This document shows, in pieces, positions 49,398-61,051 of a stretch of DNA of 64,000 bases. The DNA is from Giardia intestinalis (taxonomy: Eukaryota), in the NCBI GenBank assembly GCA_000002435.2, contig CM018791.1. One strand, written 5' to 3'. How positions within the stretch are numbered: position 1 is the first letter of the stretch; every line of letters begins with the position of its first letter. The notes under the pieces were generated by a model. That model searched no databases. It saw only the letters and a program-made list of their open reading frames with translations, and was not told the DNA's origin. The translations under genes were made by a program, and so were the position numbers.

Positions 49398-51944
49398 TTA
49401 GAGCCCCTCCACGTCTCTATCGCTCATGAAGTCGCTCATGTTGTCCGGAACGTTGGGGTCAGCGTGATCGCGGTCCACCATGCCATGAGTCCGGAAGTTA
49501 TTAAGCTTTTGTGATAGCCTGGCATATACTTGACTGAGCTCATCGACCTCACTGCTGAGTTTGGTGCGTCGATGGATCTCCTCTTCCAGCTTCAACTTTA
49601 ACTCCTCGGACTTCCTATGTTTGTCTGCCAAATCACTGCGGAGGGATTCTATCTCTCTGCTGACCAAAAGGGCCGGCCTGTTTCCACCCTTGGTTTGAGC
49701 TACAACCATTCTTGCACGCCCAGCCTCTGCTAAGCTCCCACGAATGTTGACTCCTTGTTCAAGCTGGCTCAGAAGAGATGCTTGGAGCTTAGTTAGCCCT
49801 TGGAGCGTGAGATACATCTTATGGCACTCGTTTTCAAGAACGGCGAGCTCTCCATCGTTGTCTTTGTGCAAGTTTTTCTGAACATTCTCTAACAATGCAG
49901 TCTGCATTGCTAGCTTTCTCTGCCAAAGCAGAATCTGCTCTTCAACTTCCACAAGGCAGCCGGCCGCCTCTGCCTTTTCGTCCTTGAGAGATGTCAGCTT
50001 GGTCTCCATGCCTCGTATCAGCGTCTCCATTTGTTCTACAGAGGACAAAGCTTCTGTTTCTGCCACATAGTTGGCGCTGTTCAGCTTTTCTTCTTCGTTT
50101 ATAGCCGTCCCCAATTCTGAATTCAAGCGTTTAATGTCCTCGTGTACATGCTCAATTTCGCGCTGGATTGCCTTTACCTTCAGGTTAGCACCCTCTACCT
50201 CGTGTTCTATTTCTTGAAGCTTTCTTGAAAGGACGTCGCGCTGATCCTCTTTAAGGCTCAATAGCGCAAGCTCCTCATCTCTCTTCTTCTGACACAGAAC
50301 CAGCTCTGTTTGTGCTTTGAGCCACATAGACTGGCTATTCTTTACATCCTTAATGGCTTTACCAATCTCCTTCCCCAGATTGCTTAGCATGGCCTCCAAA
50401 GGACCATTATCACTTTCAGGGTTATTTCGCTGATGCTCCTCGAGCTTCCTATTTAGGCGTGTGATGGCAGATGATCGTTGCTCAATGCTGTTGCTATTCT
50501 TGTTTATCTGAATCTCATATGAAGAGACTAAGGCGTCTTTCTCGGCAACCTCTTTTTGAAGTGCATACTTGGCGTTTTTGAGTGTTTCCAGAGCAGTCTC
50601 TGCGGTGATGCTATCGAGCTCACACTTGCTGTATTCGTTGTTGGTTTTAGAAATGTCGCGTTCAAGCTTTTCAATACTCACCTTAAGAGACTTGAGCTTT
50701 GCGTTCAGAGCCATTAACTGTCTATTTCCAGACGTCTGTTCTGCGTTATCAACGAGGATATTCCCCTCCATTGTATTGATGGCCTGCTGTTTTCCATCAT
50801 TTTTGAGAGACAGATCTGAGGAGTCTTTTACAACGTTTGCAATGGCTTGCTCCAACTTTCTCAGCGTCTCAGAAGCCTTTTGGAGAGAGTTGTTTAATGT
50901 GTCATATTTTATACTAAGCTTAGCAAGCTGGTTGTTACGTATGTTGTCAATTTTAGCCAAACAAAATTGGCGAACGGCATTCTTTGCCCTTGTCTGGTCA
51001 TTGAGTGACAAAATGTTATCCCTAACCTTCTGTATTTCTTTGCGCGTGTTCACTAAGCCAGCCCGTAGCGCCGCTCTCTCGGAGTCAGCCTCCGAAAGCT
51101 TCTCCTCCTCTATCGTACGGATATTAGCGCTACGCTTCTCGATGGCATTAAGAGTGAGCTCCCACTGAAGACGGAGATTAGCGATGTCTGCCTCTATAGT
51201 CTCCATCTGCTTGTACGCCTCCTTAAGGATCTCATTTGCCTGTGAGGTAGTTGCCTTTTGAGTGTCTAATTGCTTGGCCAGGTAGGTTTCTTCATCTTGC
51301 AGACGCTTTAACTCGTCTGTCAAGTCTGCAATATATTGATCTTGCTGCTCCTTCAACCGCTCTAGAGCCTTGATTTGCTCCTCTGCCCGGTATACCGAGC
51401 GCTTACGGACTGCCGCATCTGAGCGGAGGGCCTCATTCTTCGTTGCCAATTCTATAACTTGCATAGCTATAGCTTGGTTGTCCTCACGGGTCTTTTCTTC
51501 CATTTGAAGCAATATGTTGAGCTGGCTCTCGCTATCGTGAAGCCGTTCAGAGACTACCTTGCTTGCTTCTTGCATCTTCATGCGTTTGCTAACAGTCTCA
51601 GCATGCTCCATCTCTAATTTCTCAATCCGACTCTGAGTCTCAGAAAGCTGTCTCTGATAGGTGTATAATTCAACACCAGTCGCCTCGTGCGCTTTTTCTA
51701 ACTGTGCTTTGATGCGCTTCAGCTCTCTTCTCGTTTCGTTTGCGCTGTTTAGCTCTTTTGTAACCTGATCTAGCAGCCGCTTCTGAATGGGAGCTAGTAA
51801 AGGATGGTCCGGTGCTAAGAGCATTTGACTATTGTCGTCCAGAAGAACAACGTCTTCGGGCTGCATATCGAGATCCATGAGGCTTATATTTAAATTTCCA
51901 GAATTCAATGCCATAGTACACGTTCTAGTGACTGAGTCCAGCAT
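49398..51944 (-). CDS. Coiled-coil protein, 848 aa, heptad pattern essentially throughout (cytoskeletal or median-body/basal-body type)
   Basis: ATG at 51942-51944. Continuous E/K/L/Q-rich heptads, for example LEMEHAETVSKRMKMQEASK… and LKLKLEEEIHRRTKLSSEVDELSQ. Confidence 0.75.
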   Translation of the reverse strand: MLDSVTRTCTMALNSGNLNISLMDLDMQPEDVVLLDDNSQMLLAPDHPLLAPIQKRLLDQVTKELNSANETRRELKRIKAQLEKAHEATGVELYTYQRQLSETQSRIEKLEMEHAETVSKRMKMQEASKVVSERLHDSESQLNILLQMEEKTREDNQAIAMQVIELATKNEALRSDAAVRKRSVYRAEEQIKALERLKEQQDQYIADLTDELKRLQDEETYLAKQLDTQKATTSQANEILKEAYKQMETIEADIANLRLQWELTLNAIEKRSANIRTIEEEKLSEADSERAALRAGLVNTRKEIQKVRDNILSLNDQTRAKNAVRQFCLAKIDNIRNNQLAKLSIKYDTLNNSLQKASETLRKLEQAIANVVKDSSDLSLKNDGKQQAINTMEGNILVDNAEQTSGNRQLMALNAKLKSLKVSIEKLERDISKTNNEYSKCELDSITAETALETLKNAKYALQKEVAEKDALVSSYEIQINKNSNSIEQRSSAITRLNRKLEEHQRNNPESDNGPLEAMLSNLGKEIGKAIKDVKNSQSMWLKAQTELVLCQKKRDEELALLSLKEDQRDVLSRKLQEIEHEVEGANLKVKAIQREIEHVHEDIKRLNSELGTAINEEEKLNSANYVAETEALSSVEQMETLIRGMETKLTSLKDEKAEAAGCLVEVEEQILLWQRKLAMQTALLENVQKNLHKDNDGELAVLENECHKMYLTLQGLTKLQASLLSQLEQGVNIRGSLAEAGRARMVVAQTKGGNRPALLVSREIESLRSDLADKHRKSEELKLKLEEEIHRRTKLSSEVDELSQVYARLSQKLNNFRTHGMVDRDHADPNVPDNMSDFMSDRDVEGL

Positions 51945-54303
51945 ATGCTTTATTCCGTCCCGCGAGTGTGTATCGCGTGTGTCTGTCTTGATTAATATCT
52001 ATGTTCACAATGTTGAAGTGGATCTATAGATACAGTTTCATCTTAAATGGATGGAAGAATAAGCGTTGAGTCAAGTGTTTGGATCGTTACCGCAGCGCTC
52101 CCTGCACCTTTCTCTTGCAGAATGCCAGTAGCTGAGCGGGAACGTGTCTACGAGAATAGCGAGCACCAAGGAGCAGGTGCATATGGCGTACGTGGCTGAG
52201 GTAAGTGTTGCTCTGCTACCCAACGCCCGACATGTACACTTTCGACTCGCTAAGCGATGCAGACAAAGATGCTAGCTTGGTCTGTAGTAGGTTTCCGATC
52301 CTTCTGCCCAGTGGCCTCTTGGATGAGCAACAGCCAACTGGAAAGTCGTCAATCGCTGGAACGCTCATACCACATAGTGGCCGCTCAAGAGGTGCAAGGG
52401 CTGCACACACCGCTGTGGATGGTGCGCTCTGTCAACGGCTCTCCACGCTGAGCTGGCCCTTAGCTGCTACTCTGTGGCCTCCGATGGGACGGGCATTATG
52501 AAGAGGTTTACTTGGAGAACCCCTGACATTGCGACGCCTATCCTGAGAAGACAATGCTAACTCGCGTAAGGTACTTCCACTGCTCATGCCCGTTGATCCA
52601 GATAACCCGTCCTGCATGCTTCGGATTGCCCTCTGCTGGCAACAGAGCAGCCACTATCCTGGGTGTCTCCTTCAGACACATTTTCATCTATGACGGTGCC
52701 TTCTGTCTCTTCTCTGGAGAGGCATAACCGTCCCAATCCAGACACCTTGCTCTCAGCATACACCTCGTATCTATCAGAGGCCAGGTGTTAGTCAACCATA
52801 TCCCGTGAGCATCAGCGCTGTGTCGCTATGTTACTTCCTGTCCCTCTTGAGGGGCGTATTCTGACCATCTTAGTGTTTCTATGATGGAGAGCTGTGGATC
52901 CGGAGGTGATTGTTGCTTTCTGGCCCCCCTCTGCTGTTCAGTAGACTGCAAGAGTGCCCTTCAGGAGTCGGTCCCCCAACCTTCTGTTCTCTCGAGGAAG
53001 TGGTCCTTGGATAGTGCCACCCAGAGGGCTCCCGAAGCCTCACTATATGGGTGCTGCTTTACAGACACTCCTGGAGCCTCCCTACAGAGTCGCTCAGTGG
53101 CGCAAGTCTTACCCATTGTCAGCGGGGGTCTCGGCTCTCAAGGACATCTCAGGGACAGCACGCCGGTGTCACTTCCTGACGGGGGCCAGGCGGGAGGCCG
53201 CTCACCCTTGTGGATCCGTCAGCGATAACGAGAGCACTAAGCCTGCCATCCTCGCTGGAGGTGCCGGCAAACGGTGCCCCGCATCCGCCCACGGAAGGGC
53301 TGAGTCGTGTGCTGTTGTCATAATATTCCATACTGGCGCAGATAAACCTCCCGGTGGCACTTGGGGATTCCCGACACGGTGCGCTAATATACTACTTGCT
53401 CGAGCTATCGCTCAGATCTGCGATCCCCGTGGTCTGGGCCAGGTGCCTTGAATGGCCTCCAGCCCTAGTAGGAGCACCGACCTGTGCTCCTTGTTCCAAA
53501 CAAGCATTCCGTCTATTGTGCCCAGCCCTGAAAGACTCGCTCCTTCGCAGGTGCCCGAGCCAAGCGCTGTCTGCCGCCCAGGAGGCGTGCTGGCATTCAA
53601 CAGAGAGGCTTGCAGATACCACAGACCTCGTTGGTAAAGCGCCTGGGCCCCTGCCCTGGGCACGAGTAAGAAGCCCCAGCAGTACTTCGCTGCGGACTAT
53701 GACACGGCTCCTGTGTGCACCAGGCGATGCACAGCAGCCACGAGTGTGCAGTCCTCTGCGCCTGCCCACCGATGACGCAGCTGGGGCCTGTGGGGCAGCA
53801 GGGCCGAGACATACATATGGGAGGCGCCAACGGGCATTGGGCTATTGGCCGTCAAATGGTGGGTATGACTTGAGAGGTGGCTCGCGGCAAGTAGTTTACT
53901 CGACCGCAGCAGACAGGATCGCCTTTAGCCTAAAACTGCCATGTGTTGGTAGATGCACCTGTGTCTCCCACCACTGTTCTGTGTGCCATTATTATATTCT
54001 GGCGTCTCTAGATTTGGCAGAGGCATCCAACAAGGAATTCACAACTAGAGGCTGGCCCAACAGCCAGAGAGGCGTCTATTGGGCTGTACACCCATGCACC
54101 GGGTTGTCTTGAAGGGGTCGTTCCCTCTCTAATCACGTGCCCTGTCCCCGGTCCGTACCGGCGAAAGTCTTACTGAGACACCCACTGTCCAGGATACTGA
54201 CCAGATCACCAGGCAGCTATTGGCCGGAATAAGGGAGAGCCGCTCTCCTTGGCATACTCTACCATGTGCGTGCAAGAATGGATGGACCATAAAGTGACGC
54301 CAC

Positions 54304-56727
54304 TCAGTTCTTCTTTCGGAAAACGAAAAACCAAACCAGCACAGCCGCCACACCGCCGACGACGAGGACCACGCCGATGGCGATGCCAGAGATGGCCCCC
54401 GACGAGAGGGCGGACTTTTTGGAGGTGTTGTCGTACTCCAGACATATGGGCTTGACTGCGCCCTCTGGAACCACGCAGAGGCTGCACTTGGAGATCACCT
54501 TGTGACACGCCTTGCACGTGCTCTCGGAGAAGTAGTACCCGGCCAGGCAGTCGAAGCATGCCTCCCCATGAGGACAGGTGGCGCAGCCCTTGGAGCACGC
54601 CTTGCATACCTCCTTCTCCAGGTAGAACCCGCTGTTGCAGGCGCTGCAGACCCCACTACTACACATTGCACAGTTCGTCGGGCATGTAAGGAGCGTTCCG
54701 TTGTACGTTATCCCGTACCCGGCCACGGTGCTATCACACCAGCCGTCGCTCGCCTTCGTGCAGACAGTCTTCCCGGGGAGGAGCGTGGAGGTGTAGCACC
54801 CCCCGTTGAGGCTGAAGGAGTTCGAGCTGCAAGCAACACACCTACCGGCGGCGACATTCGCACACGCGATGCCAGCCGCCCGCGAGCTGGAGGAGGTGCA
54901 CGCCCCGTTGTTGGGGTACTCCGTGCTCTTGACGCAGCGCGAGCAGTAGCTGGTCCCGCCCACCGTGAGCCCGCACTCTGCGCAGCTGCTGTCCTGCACG
55001 CACTGCGGGACGCACGATCCCTTGGTACCGTCGCTGTACTCCAATCGCCTCTTGGCAGGGCAGGCGGTGCAGTCGCCGGATGCCGGTCCGCTGCACGTGG
55101 CACACTCAGAGCTACACGGCTTGCATTCTCCCGAGCCCTCGACGTAGAACCCGTCCCTGCACGTCTTGCACTTGGATTCCGACTCGCAGACTGCGCAGTT
55201 GCCGAGCGTGCACGCCACGCACCTCGAGACGCCGCCCACGGTGGCCTTGTAGTACCCGGCGGAGCCCAGGCAGTCCTTCACGCACAGACCGTGGGGGTCG
55301 AGGCTGTGGTCATCGGTACACTTTGTGCACACGTCTCTGTCCTCGCACGTGTCGCAGTTGGGGTCCTTGCACTTGGTCGCCACGCACTGACTATCGGAGA
55401 GTGTGTAGCCATACTTGCACTTCTTACAGCTCGACTCGTCGCACTCAGCGCAGTTCTCCACCGCGCACCCGACACACTTCCCGTCCTTCAGATAGGACCC
55501 GTCATCGCACGCGCAGCTGTGGGTCGAGGATGAGGACCCCTGTATGCCCTTCTGCCCCTTGGGACAGCTGGCCAGGCAGCTCCTCTTATCCAGGCTCAGG
55601 TAGAGGTCGCGGCACTCCAGACACTGAAGACCACTGTCCTTCATCTCACACCTTTGGCATCCCTCTATTCCCCCGTTGGCTGAGTCTCCACAGTGCCAGC
55701 ATCTGCTATTCCTGGTGAACACCTCTTTGGTTGAACTGTTACATGCGGTACACACATTGTTTTGCACTGTCTGACAAATCTGAGACCCTACTTGATCCAG
55801 AATATTGTTAAATAAGTAGCATCCACCATAAAACAAGAAGTATTGCCCGTTGCTATCATTCTTACAAGATGTACATTTTCCTGTTTTAGGGTCTTTTGTA
55901 CAAATATCATCAAATCCGCTGATTGACCTACAGAGGCCATTCTGAGGCACTTCTGATGAATTGGCGCACTGTGTGCACAACGATTGTCCCCGTACATCTA
56001 TAGTATTTCTTGATAAACAGATACTGTTGCCAGTTATGCTACCTATAGCATAACATGCAGAAGCGCTCCATACATAAGCCTTTGGACAGTAGTCACAATA
56101 GCCAAAAGCAGCTATGTTAGAAGCAGGCTTGCATCGATAATCAAAGGGGCACATGTTTGAATCTGAGCACGTCTCACAATCAGCCTCAACCTTCCCTGAC
56201 AATCTCGGTTGACTGCATTGTTGGCAATTATACACGCCACTGTGCCCACCAAAACCTATTGGGTCCCCGCAGTGAATACAGCGTTCAAGAGAAGTAGCAT
56301 TAGGATTAGTAAAGACGAGTGATGGGTATCCTTCGACGCCTTTTCCGCACTCTTTACAAAGCCCATTTTCTGCGCGGTGACAAATGGTTTTTTTCCATGG
56401 ACTATCTAAATTATAGCAGCCACCATAAAATAAGAAATAGTCACCGTTACATTTTGTGCACCATCCACCCGTCGGTGATTTGACACATACAGATCCTGTG
56501 CTAGCCTGATCCTTAATAGAAACACATTTCCCATTGATGGGAACATGTCCAGAAGTGCATTCTGTGCAGAGAAACATAGTTAAATTTATCAGGCATTTAT
56601 CCTGAAGACAGTTTAATACTGCATCTTTACATGAGTATCCAAACCCATTATGATATATAGGTACCTCTTCAGAGAAGAACACTGTCAACAGGCAAGTTGA
56701 TATTAGGGACAGCGAGAATGGCCTCAT
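54304..56727 (-). CDS. High cysteine membrane protein (HCMP), 807 aa: VSP-like CXXC-rich ectodomain, one C-terminal TM helix and a short basic tail (RKKN) instead of CRGKA
   Basis: N-terminal signal peptide MRPFSLSLISTCLLTVFF. Dozens of CXXC / CxC motifs and repeated …GQYFLFYGGCY… modules. The C-terminus is …GIAIGVVLVVGGVAAVLVWFFVFRKKN. Confidence 0.85.
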   Translation of the reverse strand: MRPFSLSLISTCLLTVFFSEEVPIYHNGFGYSCKDAVLNCLQDKCLINLTMFLCTECTSGHVPINGKCVSIKDQASTGSVCVKSPTGGWCTKCNGDYFLFYGGCYNLDSPWKKTICHRAENGLCKECGKGVEGYPSLVFTNPNATSLERCIHCGDPIGFGGHSGVYNCQQCSQPRLSGKVEADCETCSDSNMCPFDYRCKPASNIAAFGYCDYCPKAYVWSASACYAIGSITGNSICLSRNTIDVRGQSLCTQCANSSEVPQNGLCRSISGFDDICTKDPKTGKCTSCKNDSNGQYFLFYGGCYLFNNILDQVGSQICQTVQNNVCTACNSSTKEVFTRNSRCWHCGDSANGGIEGCQRCEMKDSGLQCLECRDLYLSLDKRSCLASCPKGQKGIQGSSSSTHSCACDDGSYLKDGKCVGCAVENCAECDESSCKKCKYGYTLSDSQCVATKCKDPNCDTCEDRDVCTKCTDDHSLDPHGLCVKDCLGSAGYYKATVGGVSRCVACTLGNCAVCESESKCKTCRDGFYVEGSGECKPCSSECATCSGPASGDCTACPAKRRLEYSDGTKGSCVPQCVQDSSCAECGLTVGGTSYCSRCVKSTEYPNNGACTSSSSRAAGIACANVAAGRCVACSSNSFSLNGGCYTSTLLPGKTVCTKASDGWCDSTVAGYGITYNGTLLTCPTNCAMCSSGVCSACNSGFYLEKEVCKACSKGCATCPHGEACFDCLAGYYFSESTCKACHKVISKCSLCVVPEGAVKPICLEYDNTSKKSALSSGAISGIAIGVVLVVGGVAAVLVWFFVFRKKN

Positions 56728-59700
56728 GACAAATATTATTCTTTATTAAATATTAGCGAGAATTGAGCCCAATATATTGACTAAGCTGTTGGAAGCGATA
56801 TTTGGAAGTAAAGCCATTAGAATACTATCTGTCGCGCTTGCTGAGGATATAGCATAACATCGAGATTTACAGAAAAGATTACTCTATTTACACTAATCAC
56901 CGAATCACACGATGGTCTAATCAGTCTATAACCTTACTCCCTAGCAAGATTTACAAAACTACTCTGTTTGTCTCTGTCGTCAAAAGGATTTTTCTGTCTT
57001 AACATTAGTAATATAACTACTGTTCCTAAGGCTTCACAAGGTTTGCAGTATAGAGGGTTTTTAATGGAGGATGTGCTGAAAGAATGTACCTGGCACATAC
57101 TGTACCTTGTGAAGGAGCTTCTGCTGTTAGGAATATCTCCTTGGTAGTTGTAAGTAAATCAATTGTGGACAAGCTACTCGCAGAGCTATACACTATTCGG
57201 GAAATCACATATCTCCTTGTTTCGAAGTATCCATGTCTGTGGAAACTAATACCAGTGACACTTTTGTTAAACGAAACACTACGATGGAAGCACTAGTAGA
57301 TCTTATTAAAGGCTTGGAAGTACAGCAAAGGAGAAAATGGAGCGGTATATCGTGTCATTAGAAGGCCTTACCTACTTCTATAAATCATATCTTAACCTCG
57401 AGCTACTTAACGTACTTTCCTTTTGAGAAAAGGTCGTAACCTATGTGACTAAAATCCTTCTATTCTACTGATGAATCGTTGTTCACAAGGAGTACCTTGT
57501 CACTTGAAGCATATAAACGTCTAGATATCATGTTGTAATAGGTACTCTGTTTGAACACCTGTCCACAGAAGAAGTGCACACTCTAGAGAGCATGAAGATG
57601 CAGCCAAGGTGGTTCTGAAAACATGGTCTGCCGTGAATCTGTCTGGCTTATTGCAGAGAACTACTTACCGTTCTCGCTCACGTTTGATATTCTATGCCGC
57701 TGGGCCCGCCTGGGGCGCACTCAGAGGCCCACGGGCAGCCCGCCCAAGCCTGATCCGTCCGAGGGTGGTTGTAGGCAGCAAGCAGGAGTTCCCCTCCACT
57801 AGTGCAGAGGGACGATCAGGGTCCCGTGCAATCGTCGGTGCCTGTGCCTCCGTGTCTCGGGGAGTGCAACGCGGGCTGGAGATCAGACCAGCCCGGCGAC
57901 CAGAGCAGAGCCCGACAAGTGCAAGGCGGTGGGCGTGGGTGTCATCCAGCAACTGCATGGATACCACAGCGAGAAGGTCAAGAAGCGCAGGGACGTTCTC
58001 AACCATCTACGGGATAGACGGCTCCCTTCACCCCAAACCAAAGAGGTACTGAGGGAGCCCAGTGGTGCCGGAGGGGGCCGGCCTGGGCCTTCATTGTCCG
58101 CGTGGCAGCCAACGAGCACCCGACGACCATCTCCTGCCAGCATCTTCTAATCACCAAGTGGGCCCACTATGGGACCAGAATGACTACGACTGAGAAGGCG
58201 TACTGACTCGGAGCCTGGGTGATCTCCCATACAAGCCACCGCCGCCCTGGGCAGGTCTCTCGCCCACGCACGGCTGGGATCAGAAGTTCGAGAGTCGAAT
58301 CTCCTCGGATCCCTGCAGAAGAAGCCCAAGCGGAGATCCGACGGCCCTGGTACTCAGCCCCAGCAAGCATCAGCCCCGCGACTGCCCGATGAGGGAGCCA
58401 CCGAAGAAAGCTTGTAGAGGCTCGAAGAAGAGAGTCTAGAGAGCAGCCGATAGAGTGAGCAGGGGGCCCACACCTCCCTGTCATGGAGAGCGGCGCATGG
58501 TGGCAGGCTCTCAATGGTCCCAATGGGGTCACTCGCTGACTACACGAACTGGCTCAAGGATGCTGGAGTTCACTAAGAGACTGCACCCTTGGGGACCTCC
58601 TACGCGATCCACAGCACGAGGAGCTGCCACGCCTCCTTCACATCACCGGAGGGCCCTGAGCAGCACGTCTCGGGAACCCTCTCCGTCTGAGCTCCTTCTG
58701 CAGCCTTGCGACAGACAGACGGTGCCAGCCCACGCACCAGGTCTCGGCGCCCGAGCGCGGTGTCCCGCGTGGGCCCTCACCATTGCCTGCCATGATGCCC
58801 CGGACAGAAAGCATCGGACCGGAGCGCTTCCCAGACTCCCCGGAGGCGCTCAGGGACGACCTCAACTATCTGCCAGGACAGGTTGAGTGTGCGGTTGAGA
58901 GACCAGCAACACCAGAGCGCCCTTGAGTTGTTCGCGGCCCGGTGGAGCCAGGTCAGCCCTTGCCTCAAACAGGGGTCCCAGTCGCTGGCTGTCCCCAGAG
59001 GGTCCTGGAACCTGCAGAACTCTACAAGGGAGACGTCGCCCCGGACACACACCAGTGCACTGTGAACCCCACCCCTCACGGGGGAGAGATCAGGTATCAC
59101 ACCAAGAACGAGGACCTTAGGAACCTGATGGAGAGGAGCGCCCTACGCTGGAGTGGCACCAGGCGAACGCCAAAGTAGTAGGAGCGGAAGAGCACGTGCC
59201 CGTCCTGCGCGAAGACCCTCCGCGGCGAGGCCGTCCAGACGTATGCAGCACAGACACCGGATGCAGGGTGCTACTGAGTGGGGCAACGGGGATGGAGAAG
59301 GACGTCCCCCTCAGCGCCCTTCGTGCGAGCGTGCTCAGGGGAGGGTACCTAACACCCCGCAGAGCTCCAGTCGAGAGCCGAGGAGACGCGCCTCGCTCAC
59401 ACAGCGGGGAAGCGGAGGAGCGGCATTCACCACCCCACTGCCCGGCCTGAAGCCTCGCCTCGAGGGGGAGCTGCCCCCTAACAGCGCCACCGACGACCAG
59501 CACCTTGCTATCCAGAGGGCCGGATCAGGACGGCCTGGCCCCTGAGAGACAAGAGCCCCCTCAGCCATCGGAGAGCACGGACGGCCAGTCCGCGGGGCTC
59601 GAAGTCCCCGGGCCTGCGTTGGCGAGTCCATCCGGGTGCAGGCCTTCAGCGAGATCCTCAGCGCGATCCATAGGATGGAATGCATGCTCTGTACGGTTTC

Positions 59701-60379
59701 GCCTGGCCCTTCCCCAAGAACGAGACAGGACAACCACGATCAGCGGACGATCATGATGCGCTCCACAACACAGTTCCAAGGAGCTGCGTCGGGACCTTCC
59801 TCCGGCTGCGCCACGCTGCACTCCTGGACTCGGTCCCTCGGGACCCTGCGCATGCCCCCATACTGCGTGGTACAGAACCTGCTCACCAGGAGCTGAAGGA
59901 GATACTCCACTCACTGCCCATGCCGACGACACACCCATCTTCCATAGTAGCGGCAGTGACGCGACAGGGTAGTCACAGAGGCGACAGGCCTGGTGAAGCA
60001 ACATGGCTCGACGGTCACCACCGGGTGCAGGAGCACAGAGGAGCAGGAGGCCTCCTTCTTGGCCGGTCTCAAGGAGCCCCCAGGGCAACCGAGGGCCGAA
60101 GCTAGTGATGGTACTAATCACTCGCCACACTTGTTGAGACGGACCCACACGTGACCCATATGAATCCCTCGACAAGAAATAGGACTTGGGGTGCTTGGCT
60201 GGCAGAGGCGGACTGATCCTGCCCGCACCGGAGAGTGGTGGCGGCTCACATGAGAGATCACTCAGGTAGTAGGTGACCTCACCCCGGTGACACGGAGAGT
60301 AAATTAGTATCCTAGCCAGATTAAGTATTTTCATTGTAACAATCTTAGTTTGAAAATAATTATAGATTGTACTTCGCAT

Positions 60380-61051
60380 TTACATTGTTAGGATCGCAGA
60401 AATATCCTCATCACTTAGAGCGCCTAGGAGATGTCGCCTATCGGATTCGTCTAATATTAACCCGCTTGTCGGTTCGTGGTATATGCGATTGGGGGCAGTG
60501 TCTTCTAAATTAGGATACTTTTCATATTGCTTGATCATGTAGTCTATGTTTCGTAGCTCGCTATTAACAGCGCGTTCTATAGAGCCTGGAAGCCGCGGAG
60601 AGATTGGTTCGCGGCTAGCTAGCATCGGGCCGGGATCAACTGGGGTTCTACTGAGAGTAAACGACCCCGCAGAATTGGATCGAGGTAACGGCCGGTCTTT
60701 TGCTGGGATGCGGTACTCTGAACCACTGGGCGTGTAGGGTGCACGCGCAGACTGTGGCCGCAGTGGCTGTGTTTGGAGGTCTACTCGTGGAGAAGGCTGT
60801 AGCGCAGGATGAGAGTGATATGCCTCGTGCTGCTTCTGTTGTTGTTGGATGGTTTGCTTGGCAGCTCGTAATTCTGAAACCAGCGTTCTGATCCTGCCTT
60901 TGGCCACAATCAGCTCTTTGTTGAGGGCCTCCACTTCTTCGGCCTTAGCAAGTACAGCAGGGCTCTTTGTAGACGGCGTACTTCGTCGAGCATCGAGATC
61001 CTTCTTGAGTCGGACTACGTCTGCATGTAGAGACTTGTTCTTCGCCTGCAT
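60380..61051 (-). CDS. Hypothetical coiled-coil / low-complexity protein, 223 aa. It may be the 3' part of a longer frameshifted gene.
   Basis: ATG at 61049-61051, with an in-frame stop 60 nt upstream. An adjacent ORF (61015-61212) in another frame has similar coiled-coil composition. Confidence 0.35.
   Translation of the reverse strand: MQAKNKSLHADVVRLKKDLDARRSTPSTKSPAVLAKAEEVEALNKELIVAKGRIRTLVSELRAAKQTIQQQQKQHEAYHSHPALQPSPRVDLQTQPLRPQSARAPYTPSGSEYRIPAKDRPLPRSNSAGSFTLSRTPVDPGPMLASREPISPRLPGSIERAVNSELRNIDYMIKQYEKYPNLEDTAPNRIYHEPTSGLILDESDRRHLLGALSDEDISAILTM

Noticed and set aside
52100-60380. The GC-rich islands could be rDNA or another structural RNA locus, since Giardia rRNA genes are extremely GC-rich.
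   Set aside because: No stretch resembles the Giardia SSU/LSU sequences I know. No long conserved-looking structured blocks are present. Composition is GC-rich but not at the roughly 75% level of Giardia rDNA. A similarity search is still needed.
52100-60380. A LINE-like retrotransposon (GilM/GilT/GilD) relic in the GC-rich islands.
   Set aside because: None of the overlapping ORFs shows reverse-transcriptase (YxDD, FxDD) or endonuclease motifs, and I see no terminal repeats. I cannot exclude a highly decayed copy without a nucleotide search.
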